This document shows, one piece after another, positions 55,684-64,000 of a stretch of 64,000 bases of DNA. The DNA is from Phaeosaccion multiseriatum (Eukaryota > Protista > Ochrophyta, other classes), in contig OZ218955.1 of assembly GCA_965112735.1 (NCBI GenBank), positions 248,001-312,000 on the forward strand. The letters run 5' to 3'. The position numbers and the translations under genes were made by a program. Numbering within the stretch: the stretch's first letter is position 1; the number at the start of each line of letters is the position of its first letter. Below the pieces are notes generated by a model. It was given only the letters and a program-made list of their open reading frames with translations, did no database searches and was not told the origin of the DNA.

Positions 55684-58538
55684 ATGGGGATGGCGGTGTC
55701 GTCCTTGCTGGTGCGCGAGGGCCACAGCGACTCTGTCAAGCTCGTGATGTGCAAGAAATTTGTGGATGCAGACACGCTTGCCACCTCTGCCGACAGTGGT
55801 GATGAGGCATCTAGTACGCAGGGAGGGCGCATGATGACAGCAGTGTATTTGGATCAATACAAATCCCTCATACCGTCGCCCCTGCCCCCGCAGCCCAAGA
55901 TCACGTTGAGGAAAATGGCCCTCGTCCGGTGAGTCGCTCGCCTTCGGCCGGCCGCGCGCTCTTTTGTTGCAGCAGGCCTTCTTACAACCAGAAAAGCTTA
56001 GTTCTGATCCACACCCACCACACGAGGCAGACACCCCGCCCAGCAGCTATGAGATGGCAGCACGAGCAGCCAAGCAAAGATGTGAGGTGGCTCACCATCC
56101 TTCGCTTTCCTTTTGCCGCCTCTTGGCTTGGTCAATTTGCTTGTCCCACAGGAAATGCTGGCAAGACATCATGAATGGGACAGCCGCGGGGTATCTCAGG
56201 TAGCTATCAATTGAACCAATTGTGCGCCTGGTGGATGGACAGGTGGAGGCCACTGGCGGCTGCTGACTCTGATTGGTCTCTTTTCCGCTCCACAGGGGGT
56301 ACTGGCTGCCCCGCGGCCGCGCGCGTGGATTAAGTTAGGCTTGCCATGCCATGTTTGTTTGTTCCCGGCCGGTACGAAATCCTTCAGCTCCTGCTGCTTG
56401 ACTTGCCGGATGGCTGGAGCGGTCACCCCCTCAAATCACTTCTCCTTTTTGTTGCCCCGACTTGCTGCACTCTCTTCGCATTCTGTCTTGGTATGGTATG
56501 GCTGGGCGATTGGACACAGCTATGTTGACAAGTTTAACCTTGGGCAGCAGTCCAAGAGGCTTCACGACCGCCAAAGGCCGGTGAGTTCAGTGACGATGTT
56601 CTACGACGCCGTCTATACCGAGTACTTTCGGACACACCCGGATGCCAGAGCCTTGTTCAAGGGGTCCATGGTCAAGCAGGTGAGGAGTGAGTCAGTGAGT
56701 GAGTGGGTGAGTGAGGGAGTGGGTGAGTGAGTGGGTGGGTGAGTGAGTGTGGGAGGGGTGATGGTGGGGGAGGTTCCCCCCTCAGGCCTCCCTCCCCTCA
56801 ACCTTCTCTTGTATCACCAACAGGGCAAGATGCTCGTCGCCGTGCTGTCGAAGCTCTGCACTCTCGACTTGGCTGTGGACAATAAGGACATCATGTCTGC
56901 TCTCGAAGGGCTCGCAGACAGGCACGTGCAGTACGGAGTGCTGCCCACTCACTACGGGGGAATGGGTAAGTAGTAGACACCTGGCCCACTCAAGTGCTGG
57001 ACTGGACTCGACTGTTGATTGACTTGTGACTTAACTAACTGACTTACGTAGTCACTTGTTAAGAAGTACAAACTTATTTGCTTACTTTAGTACCCCGTGC
57101 TCTGTGGTATACCCTTGTGTGTGATCCACGTACTTGCACTTACTTGCAGGGTTTGCCTTCCTGCACTCCCTGGCACTGTGCGCGGGCGACACTTGGGATA
57201 CGGCCAACGCCGAGGCGTGGCTGGAGGTATGTGTGTGTGCGTGTGCGCGCATTTCCCTCGCTGTCGTCTATTAAGCTCGCTCCCTGCGTTGCCTTCCTGC
57301 TCCCGTTCCTATCGCTTGACACTTGCTTGACAAACTGCAATTGCTTGACTTGGCGCAGATATTCAGCTTCGTGTCAATCATCATGATCGTGGGCTCGAGC
57401 AGGCGGGTGGAGCTCAACGGAAGGTTAGTAGCTGCAAGCAGAAGAAAGCCGACATCAATCTTACGACCGACAAGGAAGACTTCTTCCTACTTAAGCTTCC
57501 CTCCGCACCGACCTCGGGTGCTTGCTTGTTTGCATGCGGCAGGGACCGAACTAGAAGCGGCGTGCTGGAGCACTGGCAGCGACGGTTACAGCTTCAGCAG
57601 GCAGCGAACAGAGTCCGCAGGTAAGAGCGAGCACCAAGCAAAAGCCCACTTGCAGTGAAGCGAGCAACAGGTGAAAGACAGCTGAGTAGGGGCACTTTTG
57701 GGCTTGGTTGAGGACTGATCACCCCCTCCATCGAAGCGCACGCACAGCCACAAGTTGCTTTTTAGTGCCTTGTCTGTGCTCCAAGCATCTCAATACAGTG
57801 GCACCATGGCTGCTGCTGTTGGTACTCTGGTTGTGTACTGACTGCTGCTGTGGTCTTTGTTTTGTCTTCCTTCTCCTCGCTCGGCGGCACAGGTCTGTGG
57901 CCCCAGCCTGTCTGCAGGCCACGAAACCCAGCAGCAGCAGCTGCAGCAGCAGCAGCAGCAACAGCAAAAGTAGAAAGAAGAGGGAATGCGGTACAAAGCC
58001 AACAAGGGCCGATAAGACGCGTCTTGTAGGGGAGGATGGTGATGTCGGTGTGTGTACGGCCGTGGAGGAGGGGAGCAACCCGAGCACTGATCCACCGAAA
58101 GCTCGTACAGGCAGCGCTTGCCCGTACCACCACCATGAGCAGAAGGAGGAGTCTACCCCAGCCTCTGTGCTGAACGGCGAAGCAGGAGACAGGAGAGATC
58201 CTGTGTCGCGAGCGACCGATGCAGTAAGGGGAGACGGGGAGAACAAGAAGAAGGAGAAGAAAATGGAGGAGGAGAAGGAGTACGACGAGTGGTGCCCCCC
58301 CCGTCCACTGACGGAGGAAGACCGAGTAGTGAGCTGCGAAGGCTGCACCGCCAAGAAAGAGGGGGTGTTGCAAGGGGAGGTAGAGTCCCGAGGACTCGCG
58401 CAAAGACTCGCAGTTGCAGCCGATCAAGACCTAGACGGCATGAGCAGGACTCCTGGTAGCTATGGTAGCAAGGGCCCGCTCTCACTCCTGGCGAACCACC
58501 CTGAGTCAGTTCGTCCGAAGATTTCCCCGCAGTTTTAG
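55684..58538 (+). CDS. Globin, copy 2 (same exon structure; shorter C-terminus)
   Basis: Near-identical globin exons; an extra C near 58525 shifts the tail to KISPQF*. Confidence 0.86.
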
Positions 58539-58615
58539 TGGGCGGAAGAGCAAAAGACCCAAGCAGTAGCCCAGAGATCGTCATAGATAAAGGAACCACT
58601 CAAAAGAAACTGAAA

Positions 58616-58646
<31 letters not shown>

Positions 58647-58778
58647 AAGACGCGCAGTGCTGGCTGCGGCAGTCTTCATTTGCGTGTGCTCACACCTCTT
58701 GTCCTGGGATAGCGAAGTTGTCTGTTGTGTGCTTAGGTCTTACATTAGCTACACTATAGAGGTCTTGCAAGAGTTAAA

Positions 58779-58824
<46 letters not shown>

Positions 58825-59068
58825 TTTTTGTGTGTGTGTGTGAGAGCTCTACAATGCCCACACTCCCCTACTCAAAAAATGCACGCACACACACACACAC
58901 ACACACGCATACACGCACACGCACGTGGTCACTCACTCACACCCTCACTCCTCGCTGTAGAGCAGAACGAGGCGTACCGTCGCTTTCAAATGCCTCCGCC
59001 TCCAGCCCCGCCCCCCACCCCACCCCGCCCCACCTTTGCTTTCTCGAGCTAGGGTATATACAATGCGG

Positions 59069-60718
59069 CTATACGTAGTCCTGCGGTTGGTAGTGCGGCT
59101 GCGGCTGCTGCTGCGGCATGTACTGCAGCTCCTGTGGCTGATACTGCTGAGCGGTGGGCACTCCAATCTGCACCTGCGGCTGCTGCGGCGGTGGAGGCAG
59201 GGCCCCAAAGTACTTGGCTGCCTGTCTTGACCCCACTGCCGCGAAAACGGCGGACACTCCACTGGCGATGGAGGCGAGCATGCCGAGGGTAGAATACGCC
59301 TGTGTGGAAGCAAGCGGATTGGGAGAGAGAGAGATAGAGAGGGGGGGAGGGAGGGAGGGAGGGAGGGAGAGACAGATAGAGAAACATGAGAAAGAGAGAG
59401 AGAGAAAGAGAAACATGAGAAAGAGAGAGAGAGTGAGAAAGAAATATCAGAAAGAGAGAGGGAGAGAGAGACAGCGAGGGAGAGCCGATCACATCAGATG
59501 AGCCGCTTGCTTGGCGACAAGGAGAGAAGGTAGTACAATGCGTTTCTTGTGAGCCTTTCTTCTGGTCACGCAAAGCTACGCCATGCCACTGCCCTCACAC
59601 CTCCCTCGCCCCCCATTCATTGCCATCTCACCACCCTCACCCCCCACTCACTGCCCTCTCACCTCCCAACCTTCCCGCTCCTCGTCGTAAAAGTCGTCAT
59701 CTCCGTTGTCAAGACTTCCCTTCCCGCTGAGCACATAGATCCACACCCCAAACCCCACAAAGTCGAGCACTGCCGCGAAGGCCTGGCACGCGACATTGGC
59801 GTGGAAGCTGTGTGCGCGATACGGTGGTGGGGGGTGAAGGGAGAAAGTAGAGTACGGAGGGACACACACCAAACGACAGGGACGATTTTGCGGATGGGCA
59901 GGGGTTTAGCCTGAGCGCGGGACAGACGGCCATCAATTGAGGAGCCCTTCATATACAACCACGTAGAAGATGAAGTACACAAACTTACATTTGCTCAGTA
60001 CGCCCGGAGCAACACAGAGGAATGCTCCCCACCACGACGGAGAGGAGGAAGGCGAGGTATCCCCACCAGAAAGGCAGACTGAAGAGCAGAGCGATGGAGT
60101 GGCACACAACGGCCGAGATGGTGGAGCTGTGCCACAATCGCGGCTCTGCCACGAGTGCGCAGGGACGGATGGATGGGGTCGGAAAAGTATGGTCAGGAGA
60201 GGGGGAAAAGGGGGGGGAAGAGATGCTCACGAGACGAGAGAGAGAGACAGAGGAGGATGAGGAGGAGGAGGAGGAGGAACGTGAATATCGGAGAGCGGAG
60301 CACCTGGGCGAAGGAGGGGGCTGCTAGCGCCGGACTCTTAACCACAACTCACCGTCTCCGCTTGGTCTCTGGCAGCAGGCGATGCGAGGAGGACCAGCGA
60401 CAACCGTCATCTGGTCGAGAGAGAAAGAGAGAATGAGACAGACGCGAGAGGGAGAGGACGAGAGAGAGGAGGAGAGAGAGGAAGAGAGACGGAGTCAGCG
60501 GAACGAGGGACGAAGCAGGACACGTGGAGTTGAACCGAGAGTGTCTGTGTGAGTGAGAGAGATGGAGAGAGAGAGAGAGAGGGGGGGGGGGGGGCAGAGA
60601 GAGAGAGAGAGAGAAAGCTGGAGGGTAAGCAGGTATATGTGAGACCTTGCGGCATACCTGCGGGGGCGGGTGAGCCTGGGCATAGAACATCGGCGTAGCC
60701 AAATGTAGAGATTGTTGG

Positions 60719-60762
<44 letters not shown>

Positions 60763-60816
60763 GTGGTAGTGCTGCTGCTGCTGTTGCTGCAGGTGCTGAT
60801 GCTTATGGGTATTCAT
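59069..60816 (-). CDS. Hypothetical ~4-TM membrane protein with Gln-rich termini, 5 exons
   Basis: In-frame joins give hydrophobic segments ISAVVCHSIALLFSL, WGYLAFLLSVVVGSIPL, AFAAVLDFVGFGVWIYVL and LGMLASIASGVSAVFAAV. Confidence 0.6.
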
Positions 60817-62404
60817 TGCTCCAGAAGCCTCTCTTTTTTTTTATTGCAACTGTCCTTCCCCTTGCTTGATTGACGGAGGAAAATTCTCGAAGTTGTAATA
60901 AAAGTAAAAGTAATAAAAGTAATTAAAAATGAAAAGAAGAAAAGGAGAGGAGAGAGAAAAACAAAGAATGACAGTCAGTCAGTCCGTCGAAAGAAAGGAG
61001 GCAGTGAGTTTTTTTTTAGATCAAGGAGCCTCCGGCAGCTCTAAAATGCGCTTTCATTTCTAGGCTAGGCCAATGGGGGCGAGCTCCGTACCCCCTCTGC
61101 CGACACATCCTCTCGATAAATTCCCTCCCTCTCTCCTCCCCCCCCCCCTGCACAAGTGATACTAAGCTCTCACTTGCAGTTTTTGGTTTGAGGGTGTAGG
61201 GGGGAAAGAATGCATCGTCTTGCAGCAGGATGCTAGCCAAAGACAGGGCTGTGTGCGTTCGTGCGTGCGTGCGTGCGTTTTTTCCATTTTGTGTGACTGA
61301 CTGATATGGTGAAGTGAGTGAATGCATGAGTGCGTCCACGCATGTATGATGAAGAGAGCGAGTGAGTACGCGCGCTAGCGCCTTGTACCGGCTGGGCGGC
61401 GCCAGCCGGCATAAGCCCCCCCCCGGCCGCTGAGGGGCTGCCGGAGGCCACTCAGAGGGCCGCCGGAGGGCCGGGAATGATGTTAATGATAATAATGTTC
61501 TGACGCATATCTCTTCATATCTTGGCCTGTGAGAACCCACTGCGAGCTCAGGGAAAGAAGAGAAAGTGAGTGAGCGGTGCGTGCGTGTGTGCGTGCGTGC
61601 GTGCGTGTGTGCGTGCGTGCGTGCGTGAGTGTCGATGAGTGAGTGACGAGCGAATGAATGAGTGCGCGCGTGCGTGAATGAGTGTTTGCTTGGGTTAGGG
61701 AGAGAGTGAGGGAGTGTGTGCGTGCGTGCGCGTGTGGGTGGGTGGTAGGCTGGGGGCGTGCTTACATGAGAAGTGGGTGCCTGAGGCCTGAGGCCTGAGA
61801 ACAAGTGGGGAGTGAGGAGGAGGGGTGTCATACGCCTTGCGCTGTCACCGGACCACACCTTTCACACTTTGTCTCTCAAGATGCTGCTCTTGCCCTTCCT
61901 TATGAGCGTTTGCTGTCCGAGTGATGTTATGATGCTGAGATACGAAGTTAGTTTCTCAAACAACCCAGAAGCCAGGGCCCACACAGCACAGCAGAGGAGG
62001 ATTCGAGCCCCCTACACCAGGATCCAGCAGAGGTCTAGGCCAGGGGTCCTGTGCCCCCCCCCTGGGTAGGCCTAGGCCAGGGGCTTGCGACCCCTCTAGA
62101 CCTGCCGAACTTCGCCTCCGTCATCGGTCGTGCTGGTTCGAGAGCACGGCATTCATTGACATAAACAGATCTCTTTGCAAATTTGTTTGGGGTTTGGGCC
62201 AAAGAAAAAGAAGAAAAGAGAGAAAGCGAGCGAGAGAGAGAGAGAAGGAGGAGGAGGAGGAGGAGGAGGAGAGGGTAGGGAAAGGAAGTTGAGTAGGAAG
62301 GTGAGATGAGGCAGAACTGACAAGCGAGGGAGAGAAGCAAAGGCGGATTCAGCGCGGAACAAGCGTCAAAAGAGGAAATAACGCAATCCCCTTCCCTCCC
62401 CAGA

Positions 62405-63500
62405 ATGAGTAGAGAAAGAGAAAGAGAAAGGGATGACACCTCTTTCACGTCTCCTCATCGATACGGGTCGTGGTGGGTGGGAGCAGGGAGCGCGGATCTC
62501 AGCTCCGCCTACAGCCGGGTTTGCGATGACTCCTTCGCTCGCTGGCTGCTGGAGGGCTCAGCCGTAGACACCGATGCAGCCGCGGCAGCAAGAGCAGGAG
62601 CAGGGGACGGGACCCTCTCGCCAGACGCAGGGCTGGGGCTTGGGAGCAGTACAGCGGATATGGACGAGCAACTTGCACTCCAGGCCGCGGAAAGCGTTCT
62701 TACTGCAGCAACTGCAGCAGCAGCGAGGGGGCGGGCGGGAGAAGAGGAAGGCGACGGCGGCAGTGGTAGTGGGGATGGCGGGGACTTCCCCGAGCCTTCT
62801 CTGGGCGGAGAGGGAGGGGAAGTGGGATCCCGCACTGCGGAGCATAAACGCGCAGCGGTGGAGGTGCTCACCCAAGGGCTGTACGACTCATGCCGCGTCT
62901 TCTCCCCGTCCTTCAACGACGACATGGAGCGGCGCCTAGTGCTGCTGGGTCTAATGGGAAACAGTATCGTTGGCAGCAGCTGCGAAGAAGCCTCCCCGCC
63001 GGCTCCTGCCACGACCCCCTCTGCCGTATTTGGGAGTGGCGGTGCGATGACGTTGCTTTCGGTGGGAGGAGCAGCAGCGGAAGGAGCAGGAGCTGGGGGC
63101 TGGCTCGGAAGCGGAAGGGGAAAGCTGCTGCGCGTAAGGAGGAGCGAGCAAGGTGCGAGCGGCGAACGCCAACCCCAGGCCCAATGGATGGCGCAGGAGC
63201 CGCTCGACACGCTCACTGGCCTGGGCTCGAGGCACCACTTGCTGCTGCAGGGTCGAGACACCGCCAAGCTCCCCCTGCCCTACGCCCCGACGGAGCAGGT
63301 GGGATTGGAGATGCTGTGCGCCTTTCTGGAGGAGTTGCCGCCGGACAAGTGCCCCCCCGGGGCGGTGCGGAGGATGCAGGACCTGCTGCAGGCCCTTCGG
63401 CCGTCCGCGCTGTTTGAGGACCTCAGCAGAGTCGATCGGGGCTTCACAGAGCAGGTGGGGGGTGGAAGGGAGCTGATTCTACGCCTTGCCTGCTTGCCTG

Positions 63501-63548
<48 letters not shown>

Positions 63549-63895
63549 CATTGTGGGTGGGCATTGTGGGTGGGCATGATGTCTGTTGACACCAGCATTG
63601 CGTTACTCACTCGGAGAGTGTAAGACTGTTTGCTTGAACGCCTCTACGCTTTTGGTCTAACACCCCGTGCGTGTGTCCTCGCATCCTCCCGTCCTTTCTC
63701 TTCAATTCACAGGAGCTGCAGCTGAATCCCACTTCCTTCCTAGCAGCAATGGAGGTGAGGGAGGAGGAGGTTGAGGGTGCCGTGGGAGCGTTTGCCTTCT
63801 CTACATCCACCGTGCGGGCCAACAGTAACAGCGAGGCCTACCGCCCCATCCGCGCCCTCGGGTCGGACAGCTTCTACTGGAGCTCCGTTCAAGTG
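62405..63895 (+). CDS. Hypothetical protein, partial (continues beyond window; upstream exons possible)
   Basis: Long ORF to a donor near 63453, acceptor tcacag at ~63712, then ELQLNPTSFL...ALGSDSFYWSSVQV and a donor; function not recognisable. Confidence 0.55.
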
Positions 63896-64000
63896 GTCAG
63901 TACCATGTATCAGTGTCAGGAATGTCAGGAGTATCAGGATTTGGTGACTTCCATGTGCTTGCATTGGGTCTTACGTAAGGGTCCATGAGTCCGTAGAATT

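Larger units (their letters stand above)
54806..58760 (+). repeat. Tandem segmental duplication, unit 2
   Basis: Colinear with 50617-54646. Confidence 0.93.

Overview
Gene-dense, GC-rich eukaryotic nuclear DNA with GT-AG introns full of microsatellites. The host is very probably a photosynthetic stramenopile (ochrophyte): chlD is nuclear and has a bipartite signal peptide/'GA-F' plastid presequence, and a signal-peptide-bearing UFD1 looks like the periplastid SELMA copy. I reconstructed about 17 protein genes by hand: App1-like phosphatase, SAP30BP, PSMA2, UXS1, RAB11, a secreted adhesin-repeat-like protein, a DUF4258-like/vWA/alpha-kinase fusion, a GT4 glycosyltransferase, a 4xWW protein, ChlD, UFD1, UreD, an ankyrin-PP2C, two tandem globins, a 4-TM protein and one partial gene. 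Five observations stand out. (1) A MITE family with TCGA-ended TIRs and 6-bp TSDs, supported by a filled/empty site pair inside a ~4 kb tandem duplication. (2) A sense-strand CCATCCACTGCCATC motif just upstream of 3' splice sites in 7 unrelated genes. (3) A dispersed GTATCACCAACT motif tied to CAG tracts. (4) An alpha-kinase fused to a predicted RelE-clan toxin-like domain. (5) Duplicated, probably N-myristoylated globins with a possible gene-conversion tract. No rRNA, tRNA or CRISPR was seen. Exon boundaries were read by eye and have no transcript support.
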